DNA of 64,000 bases from contig CAVSPA010000005.1 of NCBI GenBank assembly GCA_963729715.1, positions 384,001-448,000 on the forward strand. The letters are read 5' to 3'. Of the stretch, positions 1-10,163 are shown in pieces. Every line of letters begins with the position of its first letter. Position 1 is the first letter of the stretch. The translations under genes were made by a program, and so were the position numbers. Source of the stretch: an uncultured delta proteobacterium. GTDB lineage: Bacteria > Desulfobacterota > Syntrophia > Syntrophales > UBA2185. The notes under the pieces are model-generated. The model had not been told where the DNA came from and did no database searches. It saw only the letters and a program-made list of their open reading frames with translations.

Positions 1-413
1 TAGAGGCAGTGGAGCACATCGACGGATGTCATGATGAGCCTCACCGGCTTTCCCACGGGAACATGCAACACATCGCTCTGCCTGCCGTTGTCATAATCAA
101 AAAGCCAGGACCACTGACGGGCGGTGACATTGACGGTCATGGCATCCTTCGGCGGGTTGCGGATGTACTGAAAGTCCACCCAGCCGAAGTAGAACATGAA
201 GATGACGAGTATCGTGGGAATTACCGTCCATGCGATCTCGAGGAGGGTATTTTCTTTGACGTGTTCCGGCCGGGGGTGTTTCTCTCTGTTGTACTTCACG
301 AGGAAGACCACCATGCAGATCGTGACGATAGCGAAAAGGATTACACAGCAGGTCACGATGAAGAGGAAGGCCCCTTCCACTTTGCCAGCCGTATCTGAAG
401 GACCCAGAAACAT
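1..413 (-). CDS. coxB: Cytochrome c oxidase subunit II, N-terminal part (runs off window edge)
   Basis: Not in ORF track. Manual translation from ATG at 413 gives MFLGPSDTAGKVEGAFLFIV...LEIAWTVIPTIL...VTARQWSWLFDY...LHVPVGKPVRLIMTSVDVLHCL, with two TM helices, the QWxW motif and the DVxH CuA-ligand motif. Confidence 0.93.
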   Translation of the reverse strand, partial: MFLGPSDTAGKVEGAFLFIVTCCVILFAIVTICMVVFLVKYNREKHPRPEHVKENTLLEIAWTVIPTILVIFMFYFGWVDFQYIRNPPKDAMTVNVTARQWSWLFDYDNGRQSDVLHVPVGKPVRLIMTSVDVLHCL

Positions 414-421
414 AGTCCGCC

Positions 422-715
422 TCACCTCAGCCACACATCAACGAATGTCAGCCCGATGAGCAGTGTCAGGGCTAACAGGGCGATGCTCAGCATTCCTTTC
501 AGAAGTTTTCCTTCATATTTGAGGTGCATGAAGAAGGCGAGGACGATGCCAGCTTTGACGGAAGCGATCGCCAGGGACCCCAGGGCGCTAAACTGCGCGA
601 GCAGACGTAGCTTTGCCACGGCAAGGGTGGCGGCCAGCAGAATGAGAAGGGCCACCCAGACGGCAGCGTACGTTCCGGTGGGGACTATGTGATCCTTTGC
701 ATATTTCTCTTTCAT
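422..715 (-). CDS. coxD: Cytochrome c oxidase subunit IV (CtaF/CoxD-like)
   Basis: Small 3-TM protein with KA..V..FFMHLKYE motif, located between subunits III and II. Confidence 0.88.
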   Translation of the reverse strand: MKEKYAKDHIVPTGTYAAVWVALLILLAATLAVAKLRLLAQFSALGSLAIASVKAGIVLAFFMHLKYEGKLLKGMLSIALLALTLLIGLTFVDVWLR

Positions 716-724
716 GGTTGTTCC

Positions 725-1330
725 TTAAGTAATTAGGTAAAAAAGCGGATAGAGGTAAATCCACACGATATCGACAAAGTGCCAGTAGAGGCCGGTGTTT
801 TCTAGCCGTGCATAGTTCTCCCGGTTGATCGTTTCTCTCCGCGTGAAATAGAGCATGAAGGAAATGACGACGACCCCGACCAAGACGTGGAGCCCGTGGA
901 GGCCGGTCATGACATAGTAGAGGCCGAAAAAGAGGATCTCCCCTTTAGCGAGCGCGAGCAGTACGGGAGAATCCGGATAGATCCCCACGGTGATCTTAGC
1001 GCTCCACTCGAAATACTTGATGATGAGAAACGCGACCCCCATGAGAATCGTCGCAAGCTGGAGGATCATGGAAGAAATTTTCTCCCCCTTTTTTATGGCC
1101 GCAATCGAAAGTGCGATGGTGAAGCTGCTTGTGAGCAGGATGACTGTGTTGATTGTCCCCATGATGACGTTCTCCCCGGCGGCGGCGGAATGGAAATCCT
1201 GGGCGTACTTGTAGCGGAATATGGAATAGAGGAGGAACACGCCGCCGAAAAAGAGTATCTCCGTAAAGAGGAAGAACCACATCCCCATCTTCTTTCCCAG
1301 CTTGTCGATATGTCCCGTTTCCGTGCTCAA
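725..1330 (-). CDS. coxC: Cytochrome c oxidase subunit III
   Basis: GMWFFLFTEILFF, MTGLHGLHV and GLYWHFVDIVW motifs; TTG start. Confidence 0.93.
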   Translation of the reverse strand: MSTETGHIDKLGKKMGMWFFLFTEILFFGGVFLLYSIFRYKYAQDFHSAAAGENVIMGTINTVILLTSSFTIALSIAAIKKGEKISSMILQLATILMGVAFLIIKYFEWSAKITVGIYPDSPVLLALAKGEILFFGLYYVMTGLHGLHVLVGVVVISFMLYFTRRETINRENYARLENTGLYWHFVDIVWIYLYPLFYLIT

Positions 1331-1334
1331 TCTA

Positions 1335-2957
1335 TCACTTCGCCTCCTCTTCGTATGAGTAGGGCCGCCGCGTGATTATGGGGATCTCCTGAAAATTTTC
1401 GCGGGGCAGGGGCGAGGGGATGGTCCACTCCAGTGTCTTTCCGCCCCATGGATTTGCGGGGGCCTTGTCGCCTTTGAATATTGACCGGACCAGATTAGCG
1501 AAGATGATGATAAGACCGATGGCCAGAAACCACGAGCCCATGGTGGAGATCACATGTCCCATCTGATATTGCGGCGGGTAATCGAAATACCTTCTCGGCA
1601 TCCCTTGGAACCCGAGGACGAACATGCTGAAGTAAAGGATGTTGAAGCCGACGAAGAGGTTCAGCCAGCCGATCTTGGCGAATTTCTCGCTGTACATCCG
1701 GCCGGTGATCTTGGGAAACCAGAAATGGAGCGCTGCAATGATGGAGAAGCCGGCCCCACCGAACATGACATAATGAAAATGCCCGACGATGAAATAGGTG
1801 CCGTGGAGATGGAGGTTTGTCGCCAGGGCTCCGATGATAAGACCCGTAAGACCGCCAATGGAAAATAGGAAAATGAAAGACAGGGCGAAAAGGAGGGGTG
1901 CGTCGACTGCGATGGAACCCTTGTAGAGGGTGGACAGCCAATTGAAGATCTTAACACCGCTGGGCACAGCGACCAGGAAGGTGACGAAGGAGAAGACGAC
2001 ACGGGCGGTGTCGCTCATACCGCTGGTGAACATGTGGTGGCCCCAGACGGCATAGCCGACAATGGCGATCCCAAGGGCCGACATGCAGATGGCGGTGTAC
2101 CCGAAGAGGGACCTTCTCGAAAAGACAGGGATGATCTCGCTGATGATCCCCATGGCCGGAAGAACCATGATGTAGACGGCGGGGTGGGAGTACATCCAGA
2201 AGAGGTGTTCGTAGAGGATCGGGTCGCCTCCCTTGTTTGGGTCGAAAAACCCGACGCCGAAGAAACGGCCCAGGAATATGAAGAGCAGCGTAATGGCCAG
2301 GACCGGCGTCGCGAGCATCTGCACCCAGCCCGTGGCGTAGAGCGTCCACGGGAAGGCGGGCATGCGGAACCAACCCATCCCTGGGGCCCGCATCCTGTGA
2401 ATGGTGGTTACAAAATTGAGACCCGTAAGAATTGACGAGAACCCAAGGACAAAGACCCCCATAACGGCTATCGAGATGTTGGCCGGCGTCTGGATGCTAT
2501 ACGGGGCGTAAAATGTCCAGCCCGTATCAGGTGGCCTGCCCTTTATGAAGACGGACAGTAGCACAAGTATGGCGCCGGTCACATAGAGCCACCAGGACAA
2601 CCGGTTGATCTTCGGAAAGGCCACGTCCTGTGCCCCGATCAGGATGGGAAGAAAAATATTCCCGAAGGCGACGGGGATTCCCGGAATGATAAAGAGGAAT
2701 ATCTGGATAACGCCGTGGACGGTGAAAAATTCGTTGTAGCCCTGCTGGCCAACGAGCCATCCCGGCGAGAGGAGGCTGAGCCGGATGATGAAGCCCAGCA
2801 CAACACCTACGCAAAAGAAGGAGAGGAGAGCCATCAGGTACATGACACCGATCCGTTTGTGATCCGTGGACATCATCCACTCCGCGATAAGCCATCGGTA
2901 TCTTCCCGTTCGTGCGTAATAACTGGCCACGTCGAGCGTTTCATTTCTCAGCATCAT
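1335..2957 (-). CDS. coxA: Heme-copper oxygen reductase subunit I, type A2
   Basis: STDHKRIG, HGVIQIF, GWTFYAP, FWMYSHPAVY (YS motif marks A2), WGHHMF, HFHY. Confidence 0.97.
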   Translation of the reverse strand: MMLRNETLDVASYYARTGRYRWLIAEWMMSTDHKRIGVMYLMALLSFFCVGVVLGFIIRLSLLSPGWLVGQQGYNEFFTVHGVIQIFLFIIPGIPVAFGNIFLPILIGAQDVAFPKINRLSWWLYVTGAILVLLSVFIKGRPPDTGWTFYAPYSIQTPANISIAVMGVFVLGFSSILTGLNFVTTIHRMRAPGMGWFRMPAFPWTLYATGWVQMLATPVLAITLLFIFLGRFFGVGFFDPNKGGDPILYEHLFWMYSHPAVYIMVLPAMGIISEIIPVFSRRSLFGYTAICMSALGIAIVGYAVWGHHMFTSGMSDTARVVFSFVTFLVAVPSGVKIFNWLSTLYKGSIAVDAPLLFALSFIFLFSIGGLTGLIIGALATNLHLHGTYFIVGHFHYVMFGGAGFSIIAALHFWFPKITGRMYSEKFAKIGWLNLFVGFNILYFSMFVLGFQGMPRRYFDYPPQYQMGHVISTMGSWFLAIGLIIIFANLVRSIFKGDKAPANPWGGKTLEWTIPSPLPRENFQEIPIITRRPYSYEEEAK

Positions 2958-3783
2958 ATTCCTTGCCTTTGCGATATCTTTTGGACGTCACCTGGAGGTA
3001 AATAAAAAAAGTTACCATGGCAATGAGCGTGATGAGGCCGACTACTGCCATGAAATCAAAGAATTTACTTTGCCCAGGCGGTTCATGGGAGAAGCAATAC
3101 AGGAGGGCTTTCCTGATCCCCGTGACGGCCTTTCCCTGGGAGGCCTCGGTGAGGGCCATGTTAAGGTCAAAAGAAGAGAAGCTGATAGGGTAGGCCGCAC
3201 CGTACTGGAACTGCGTCACATAGTAATAACGCGATATTTTTCCGTCGGGGGCGAGGAATACCAGCACCACGGGGTGGCTGAAACCGTGGATGTCTTTCCG
3301 GTAGTTGAAACCCACGGCCTCGGTCAACCTGTGAATGCTCTCCTGCTTGCCCGTCAGAAATTTCCACCCGTCTTCGGGAAAAGACTTTCCGATGGCGTTT
3401 ATGTAATTCTTCTTTGCCGCCTGAGCAATCTTCGGGGTATCTGCCTCATCAAAGCTCACGGTAATGACCCTGTAGTCTTTGCCTGCGGCAACAGCCAGCC
3501 TGGGCAAGGCCTGCGAAAGACCCCCCAGCATCAGCGGGCAGATATGTTCGCATGAGAAATAGACAAGGGTCAGAATGACGGGTTTCCCCAGGAGATTGCC
3601 CAGTTTCACCTTGTCCCCCTTTTCGTCGTAGAATACGAGATCGGCAGGAACGATTTGCCCCGTCTTTTCCACGATGCCCATCTCTTCCGGTTTGGCATCG
3701 CCGGTACCCAGGGTTTCATGTCCATAAATGCTGCCCGCAGAAAGAAGAACTCCCAAAAATATGAACCATAAAAATTTTCTCAT
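2941..3783 (-). CDS. SCO/SenC-family copper chaperone
   Basis: Signal peptide, CEHICP (CxxxC), conserved His (FSHP), C-terminal TM helix; inside the cox operon. Confidence 0.9.
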   Translation of the reverse strand: MRKFLWFIFLGVLLSAGSIYGHETLGTGDAKPEEMGIVEKTGQIVPADLVFYDEKGDKVKLGNLLGKPVILTLVYFSCEHICPLMLGGLSQALPRLAVAAGKDYRVITVSFDEADTPKIAQAAKKNYINAIGKSFPEDGWKFLTGKQESIHRLTEAVGFNYRKDIHGFSHPVVLVFLAPDGKISRYYYVTQFQYGAAYPISFSSFDLNMALTEASQGKAVTGIRKALLYCFSHEPPGQSKFFDFMAVVGLITLIAMVTFFIYLQVTSKRYRKGKEYDAEK

Positions 3784-5699
3784 TTATCCACCTCTTTTCT
3801 CTGCCGCTTACCCAGCCTCCAGAACCACCACCATCCCAGCAGGTTGATCCCGACCAAGAGGAATGCAAAAGCGGCGATGATGAAGAACATGCCAGGGGAA
3901 AGCCCGGGGCGGTTGATCATGGCCCGGTCCACCCCGTTCAGGCTGAGAATGTAGGCTTCGAGATCGGCAATCTGCTGTTGCGTTAGCCCATTGGTGTCCC
4001 CGAAGGGAAGCATGCTGACCTGGGGATTTGCTCCTTCCGGCCGGGAGCCGTGCTGTATGTAGACATCGATTTTTTCGGCAAATGCCTTCGGGTCCGGGCT
4101 GAATAGATCACGGTCAATCGGGTTGAGCAGCGGAATCGTCCCGTCCTTTGAACCTGTATTGGGGACATTCCCCATTCCATGAAGGCCGTGGCACGAGGAG
4201 CAGGTTTTCTCGAAGAGAATGTCGCCGTGATCGGCGCTACCGATAATATTAACAGCCACACCAGGCTCCCCGTGCGTGCCTGCGGGGGCTCCGGCAACCG
4301 GCGCTACAGACACGGTGGAAGCTGCTGCCGCTGTCGTTCCCTTGAGGGTGAGAAGGTAATCGACCAGTTGATTGATGGGCGTATCACCCAGGACCGCAAA
4401 AGAAGGCATGACGGTTGCGGAGTCATGGGCCTTCGGATTGCGGAGATGGTCTCTCAGCCACCGGCGGGAACGTCCCTTGATACCTTCCCCGGAAAGATCG
4501 GGTCCGAGGCTTCCGCCTGCGCCGTCTATGCGGTGGCAGGCGACACATCCCTGAGACTTAAACAGGTCGCTTCCCGCCTTTTCGTCGGCGGAGAGGGCTA
4601 CCGGCGCCGCAGCGGTCGGCGGAGCTGACATCCCCCCGCTCTGTACGCCCTCGGGCTTGCCATAGGCTCCGGCCAGTGTGAGAGCGATGAAGCTCGCCAA
4701 GACGATGACCCAGCCTGCCATGGCTATGGGTCGCTTTAAAGGGTGACGCTCCTGGTCGCGGTCCACAAACGGAACAAGGAGCAGGATCAGGGTGCCTATT
4801 ACAGGAATCCCGATGGTGACAATCACCTCGAGTTGACCGGGGAGAAACTTCAGCGCCTCATAGAAGAAGAGGAAGTTCCACTCCGGCTTTGGTATATAGG
4901 AGGCATCCAGAGGGTCCGCCATACCTGCGAAGGGGGGGGGGGCATAGACAGTAAGCCCCACCAGGAGTAGGATGATCAGGCTCGCCACAAGGCCGTCCTT
5001 GAAGACTTGGTCCGGCCAGAAGCGTCCCTTCTTCTCACGCCCTTTTTCATCCCAGGGGCCCGCGTTCCCGACCTTCCTGAGGGCGACCAGGTGGATAGCG
5101 ATGATCGCAAACAGGGCGCCGGAGAGAATGGCGGCATGGAGAATAAAAAAGCGGGAGAGTGTGAGCTGGCCGATGACACCGCCACTCAGCATCAGCCGCT
5201 TGATCATATCGCCGATGACTGGAACCGTACCTGCGCTGCTCGCTGACACTTCCACGAGCCAGTAGCTGCGCTTGTCCCACGGGAGAGCCCCACCGGTCAG
5301 GGTCATGGCCATGGTAATAAGGAAGAGGAACACGCCGGTGACCCACTGCAGTTCATGGGGTCTCTTGTAGGCCCCCCAGATAAAAACCTGGGACATGTGT
5401 AGTATGACAAGGACCACCATGACATTGGCTCCCCAGCAATGAAGCCCGTGGATCAGCCAGCCGAAAGGCACTTCCGTGCGCAGGTAACCGAGGCTGTTGT
5501 ATCCCTGGCTAAGGGTAGGGACGTAATAGAAGAGCTGCCAGATGCCAGTCACAACCTGCAGAAGGAAAATGATCAGGGCGGCGCTGCCGAATACGTAGGC
5601 ATAGCCGGCTCCTCCGGCCATTTCTTCTTCCAGAGCCAGGCGGATGAACGGGGAAACGGGCCAGCGCTCATCGATCCAGCGAAGAATACGGGAGACCAT
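3780..5699 (-). CDS. Cytochrome b (b6 + subunit IV) fused to two class I cytochrome c domains
   Basis: Heme b His ligands (HGLH, ILHM, ILHA, AIHL), KPEWNFLF, two CxxCH motifs (CVACH, CSSCH), C-terminal TM helix. Start placed at ATG 5699 because a GGAGG RBS precedes it (ORF track start 5756). Confidence 0.92.
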   Translation of the reverse strand: MVSRILRWIDERWPVSPFIRLALEEEMAGGAGYAYVFGSAALIIFLLQVVTGIWQLFYYVPTLSQGYNSLGYLRTEVPFGWLIHGLHCWGANVMVVLVILHMSQVFIWGAYKRPHELQWVTGVFLFLITMAMTLTGGALPWDKRSYWLVEVSASSAGTVPVIGDMIKRLMLSGGVIGQLTLSRFFILHAAILSGALFAIIAIHLVALRKVGNAGPWDEKGREKKGRFWPDQVFKDGLVASLIILLLVGLTVYAPPPFAGMADPLDASYIPKPEWNFLFFYEALKFLPGQLEVIVTIGIPVIGTLILLLVPFVDRDQERHPLKRPIAMAGWVIVLASFIALTLAGAYGKPEGVQSGGMSAPPTAAAPVALSADEKAGSDLFKSQGCVACHRIDGAGGSLGPDLSGEGIKGRSRRWLRDHLRNPKAHDSATVMPSFAVLGDTPINQLVDYLLTLKGTTAAAASTVSVAPVAGAPAGTHGEPGVAVNIIGSADHGDILFEKTCSSCHGLHGMGNVPNTGSKDGTIPLLNPIDRDLFSPDPKAFAEKIDVYIQHGSRPEGANPQVSMLPFGDTNGLTQQQIADLEAYILSLNGVDRAMINRPGLSPGMFFIIAAFAFLLVGINLLGWWWFWRLGKRQRKEVDK

Positions 5700-5710
5700 A
5701 AAAAAACCTC

Positions 5711-6244
5711 CTACACAGGGATTTTTTCCGGGGTGCCGCTCTTGAATTGTATCCATTTCACGTAGAGCTCACCGTTCTCAATCTTTGTCGGGAGGGTGTC
5801 GAGACGGCGGGGAGCGGGTCCACCCAGGACAGTTCCGTCAAGCGCAAACACACTGCCGTGGCACGGACATTCGAAATGCGCGCTCGCCGGGTTCCAGTTA
5901 AAATGACAGCCGAGATGGGTGCAGATGGGGGAGAACACGGTTATCTCTGTGTCACTGTTCTTGACTGCCCATAAGTGACGGATCACAGATTCCTGCACGT
6001 AGGCATCCACCTGCACGCCGGCTGCACTCACGTCTACTGGCCGCCCCACAGGTAGTGTTTCTATGTCGGCAACCTTGATCCAGGTTGTCTTCATGGTCAT
6101 GAAAGCCGGTCCAACGAATGAACCGATAAGGGGTATCCCCACGACTATCCCGCAGAGCACGGTCAGGATGCCTGTAGCCCATTGCAAAAATAGCCGGCGT
6201 GTGCTCTCTGTTTGGTTTTCTACGGGTGTGTTGGCCTCTTCCAT
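5711..6244 (-). CDS. Rieske iron-sulfur subunit of a Rieske/cytochrome b complex
   Basis: Tat motif STRRLFL, CTHLGC and CPCHGSVF boxes, GPAPRRL. Confidence 0.95.
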   Translation of the reverse strand: MEEANTPVENQTESTRRLFLQWATGILTVLCGIVVGIPLIGSFVGPAFMTMKTTWIKVADIETLPVGRPVDVSAAGVQVDAYVQESVIRHLWAVKNSDTEITVFSPICTHLGCHFNWNPASAHFECPCHGSVFALDGTVLGGPAPRRLDTLPTKIENGELYVKWIQFKSGTPEKIPV

Positions 6245-6371
6245 TTGTCCTCCTTGTAATCATTACATGATGCCCATTCTGAATAACGTCCACTCCCTTG
6301 GTGGGAAGGGGTGTTAAGTCTCTCCCTCCAATAACTTCTTTCAGAGCTACCACTCTCAAAATTGCAGGTCA

Positions 6372-6698
6372 CTACTTGAACGTCTTCAGGACATACTCGG
6401 CAATAGCCCTGGCCTCTTTGTCGGGAATCGTCTTTTCATCAAACTGCGTCATCCCCGGCCCGGGGTTCCTAATCTTGCCGACCATGTCGGCAGGCTTCCT
6501 GATGCCGTTTACCTCTAAGACTTTTTTATTGATGGGCTTGGCGGGATTGATGATATTCCCGCCGTTCGCGTGACAGACGGCGCAGTTCTTTACAAATGCC
6601 TGCTCGCCCTGCGAAACTTTTGCAGCATCCGCCCGCGTGCCTAAGCAGAGCAAAACGATGAACAGTATAGCCATCCACGCCATAAAAACTTTTTTCAT
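6372..6698 (-). CDS. Monoheme cytochrome c6-like protein (Geobacter OmcF/PetJ-like)
   Basis: Signal peptide; CAVCHANGGNIINPAK...NGI...IRNPGPGM..F...IP...A..IAEYV pattern recalled from OmcF/c6. Confidence 0.85.
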   Translation of the reverse strand: MKKVFMAWMAILFIVLLCLGTRADAAKVSQGEQAFVKNCAVCHANGGNIINPAKPINKKVLEVNGIRKPADMVGKIRNPGPGMTQFDEKTIPDKEARAIAEYVLKTFK

Positions 6699-6759
6699 TT
6701 TACATCTCCCTTTATTTAATGGCCGGGCTGCATGGGATTTTCCCGCACATCGCGGCGCT

Positions 6760-8307
6760 TTATGCCGGTTTGCAGTGCACAGTAACTCCTCTTTCCTCCG
6801 TTTCGTAGAGCGAGGGTGTCAGCCAGTTCCGGCCGTCCCGTGCAATCAGAATCGCCGCCGGTTCGATGACTCCTGTTCCCGCTGGATAATTTGGAAAATC
6901 GGGCGGCGCCGAAAGTTCCCATGCTTCGAGGATCGGCGTCATGAGCGCCCATGCGGCCTCTATCTGATCGGCACGTTTGAAGAGTGTCCCGTCACCGAGC
7001 ATGACGTCAACGAGCAGTGTTTCATAAGCTTCCGGCGGTTTAGCATTGAAGGCTTCACAGTAGAAGAAATGCATATCCACGGGGCTCAGGTGTATCTGCA
7101 GGCCGGGCCGCTTCGCCTGAAAACGGAGTATGATCCCTTCGTCCGGCTGGATGCGTATCATCAGGCGGTTGGATAGAAAGTCCCGGACCGCCGTAGCGGG
7201 AAACGACTGGTGCGGTGCGGGCCTGAACTGTATGGACACCTCTGAGATGCGGTGTGGGAACCTTTTCCCCGTGCGGAGGTAAAACGGCACGTCCTGCCAC
7301 CGCCAGTTGTCGATAAAGAATCTGACTGCCGCGAAGGTCTCTGTCGTTGAATCGGGTTTCACCCCCGGCTCATCGCGGTATGCCGGCACACTCTGCCCGT
7401 CGATCCATCCAGAGCCATACTGCCCCCTCGCAGCATACTCGTGGACGTGGTCCCGGTTTATCGGGCGTATCGCACGGAGCAGGTCTGTCTGTTTGTTCCG
7501 GATTTCATCGGCGTCGAAGGAAACGGGCGGCTCCATGGCGATCATGCAGAGGATCTGAAGAAGATGGTTTTGGATCATGTCCCTGAGGGCGCCCGTTCGA
7601 TCGTAATAGGCCCCTCTGTGCTCGATCCCTACCTGCTCCGCCACTGTTATCTGCACGTTGTCGATGTACCGGCGATCCCAGACCGGCTCGAAAAGGGCAT
7701 TGGCGAAGCGGAACGCGAGGATGTTCTGCACTGTCTCCTTGCCGAGGTAGTGATCGATCCGGAATATTTGGGATTCGTCAAACGCTGCTGTGAGTACCTT
7801 GTTCAGGATCCGGGCAGCCGCGAGATCACGGCCGAAAGGCTTTTCCACGACTATCCGGGCATGTCTGTAATCCCGTGCAAGACCGGCCATGCCCAGCTGC
7901 CGGGGGATGACCGAGATCATCTGTGGAGGTGTGGCGAGATAATAAATCCTGATTGCCTCGCCGTTCCACCCCTGGTTCAGGTCACTTAAATGCCGGGCCA
8001 GGGCTTGATAGCATTCGGCATTCATAAAATCCGCGACCCGGTAGTGGAGAGACGAGGCGAAAGTTTTCCATAATTCGTCACTGGGTTTTTCCTGGCGCGA
8101 AAACTGCTCAACGCCCCCCCGGAGATGCTGACGGAATTCTTCGTCGCTCATCTTCTTCACGTCCATTCCCATGATCACGAATCTCTCGGGCAGCCACTGG
8201 TCGCGGAAAAGACTGTAAAGGGCGGGGATGAGCTTCCGCCAAGTCAGGTCGCCGCCGGCGCCGAAGATTACGATGACTACAGGGTTTCCGTTCTTCGATC
8301 TTTCCAT
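6760..8307 (-). CDS. zwf: Glucose-6-phosphate 1-dehydrogenase
   Basis: [33 protein letters not shown]. Confidence 0.97.
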   Translation of the reverse strand: MERSKNGNPVVIVIFGAGGDLTWRKLIPALYSLFRDQWLPERFVIMGMDVKKMSDEEFRQHLRGGVEQFSRQEKPSDELWKTFASSLHYRVADFMNAECYQALARHLSDLNQGWNGEAIRIYYLATPPQMISVIPRQLGMAGLARDYRHARIVVEKPFGRDLAAARILNKVLTAAFDESQIFRIDHYLGKETVQNILAFRFANALFEPVWDRRYIDNVQITVAEQVGIEHRGAYYDRTGALRDMIQNHLLQILCMIAMEPPVSFDADEIRNKQTDLLRAIRPINRDHVHEYAARGQYGSGWIDGQSVPAYRDEPGVKPDSTTETFAAVRFFIDNWRWQDVPFYLRTGKRFPHRISEVSIQFRPAPHQSFPATAVRDFLSNRLMIRIQPDEGIILRFQAKRPGLQIHLSPVDMHFFYCEAFNAKPPEAYETLLVDVMLGDGTLFKRADQIEAAWALMTPILEAWELSAPPDFPNYPAGTGVIEPAAILIARDGRNWLTPSLYETEERGVTVHCKPA

Positions 8308-8310
8308 GAT

Positions 8311-9726
8311 TCAATCTTCCTCCCACTTTGTATGGAAGACGCCTTTCTCATCCACCCTCTCATACGTGTGGGCCCCGAAGTAGTCCCTCTGGGCTTGGAT
8401 GAGGCTGGTCGGCATCCATGCACTTCTGTAGCTGTCGAAATAAGCCAGGGCCGCCATCATTCCCGGAACCGGAATCCCAAGGTTTGCGGCGGAACAAACC
8501 ATGCCCCTCAGCTCATGCTGGTATGCCGCCACTTGTCGTCCAAAGCCGGGGTCTACAAGCAAATTCGGGAGATCAGGGTTTTTTTGATAACTCTCGCAGA
8601 TATCTTCGAGAATTGCCGCGCGGATGATGCAGCCGCCCCGCCAGATGCGGGCAACATCCGCAAGGTTAAGATTGTAGCCATATGTCGCAGAGGCCTTGCG
8701 GAGGAGGGACATCCCTTGGGCGTAAATAATGATGAAGGCGACCCGCAGCGCCTTTTTTAGCGCGCTGATAAAGAGATCACGTTTTCCACGGTAGGGCGGA
8801 GAAGGCCCTGTCAAGATACGGCTTGCTTCCTCCCTTTCCGCTTTGTAGCCGGAAAGGTCGCGCATAAAGACAGCGGCATCAATTATAGGAACAGGGACCT
8901 GAAGGTCCATGGCTGTCTGTGACGTCCATTTCCCGGTCCCCTTTTGACGGGCCTCGTCAAGGATAACATCAATGAGCCTCCTGCCAGTTTTTTCGTCCAC
9001 ATGGCAGAAGATATCGGCGGTGATCTCCAACAGGTAAGAATGAAAAGACCATCCATTCCAGCTCTCGTATACCTCGGCCAGTTCATCGTCCGTAAGGCCT
9101 ATGCCCCGCTTCATTAGGTCATAGGTTTCGGCGATGAGTTCCATGAGGCCATATTCAATGCCGTTGTGAACCATCTTCACGAAGTGTCCCGCAGACCCTG
9201 TCCCCAGATAGGTGACGCAGGGTTCCCCCTGCACTCGGGCGGCCACTGACTCAAAAAGAGGCCGCACCCTTTCATAGGCCTCCCGCTCCCCTCCGGGCAT
9301 GATGCTCGGACCGTGGCGTGCACCGTGCTCTCCGCCGGAGATGCCGACACCGAGAAGCTGAATCCCAGCCCTTGCCAGAATTTTCTGCCTCAAGTTTGTA
9401 TCGGTGAAGTGGGAATTGCCGCAATCGGCAACGACATCTTTCGCTTCCAGAAAGGGAAGGATGTCCCTGATGACGTCATCTACAGTGGGGCCTGCAGGGA
9501 CGAGCATGATGACGGCCCGCGGCGATTTCAGAAGCGCCATATATTCTTCCAAGACCCGCGCGCCCCGGATATGCCTCCCGGCCGATTCAGCGTGGAGGGC
9601 ATTGACCTTCTCATGGTCTTTGTCGTAGCCGGCTACCGCATATCCATGATCGGCCATGTTGAGAAGCAGGTTGCGCCCCATGACACCGAGACCGATCAGG
9701 CCTATTTCGTACTTCTGTTTACTCAT
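8311..9726 (-). CDS. gnd: NADP-dependent 6-phosphogluconate dehydrogenase (decarboxylating)
   Basis: GLGVMG, VKMVHNGIEY, QKGTGKW, WRGGCII, QAQRDYFGAHTY. Confidence 0.97.
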   Translation of the reverse strand: MSKQKYEIGLIGLGVMGRNLLLNMADHGYAVAGYDKDHEKVNALHAESAGRHIRGARVLEEYMALLKSPRAVIMLVPAGPTVDDVIRDILPFLEAKDVVADCGNSHFTDTNLRQKILARAGIQLLGVGISGGEHGARHGPSIMPGGEREAYERVRPLFESVAARVQGEPCVTYLGTGSAGHFVKMVHNGIEYGLMELIAETYDLMKRGIGLTDDELAEVYESWNGWSFHSYLLEITADIFCHVDEKTGRRLIDVILDEARQKGTGKWTSQTAMDLQVPVPIIDAAVFMRDLSGYKAEREEASRILTGPSPPYRGKRDLFISALKKALRVAFIIIYAQGMSLLRKASATYGYNLNLADVARIWRGGCIIRAAILEDICESYQKNPDLPNLLVDPGFGRQVAAYQHELRGMVCSAANLGIPVPGMMAALAYFDSYRSAWMPTSLIQAQRDYFGAHTYERVDEKGVFHTKWEED

Positions 9727-10163
9727 CTTCTTTTCTCTCTTTCCACAATTTTCGACCCGGCGACCCAGGTCAATGGTCTCCCTTCATGGCCTCTGGTCAT
9801 AGATTAGGAGCGTGCATGGCTTGGTAATCCAAATCTTCATCTCAGAAAATAAAGCTGCGAAACTTAAAATCATTTTAACTATAGCATCGCCGCCTGTTCA
9901 GTGCTTATCCTTACAGTTTCAGGCTTTTTTTTCCATCGGCGTAATACTTAATCTGACTAATCCAATGTCTTATTTTGTCTCAGGCAAGGGATGAGAAAAA
10001 ATCCCTTGTAGGGATAGGCAGTTCCGATGTAATGTCATTCAGTGCGAGAAGCAGGCACACCATCCTTTTTTCGCATGCCTGCCATATTTTTCCGAATGAA
10101 CTGTGTTTTATGAATTATCTCTGGCGAAATGTTCCCTACCGGATTCAAAAAGATATTTAGTTA

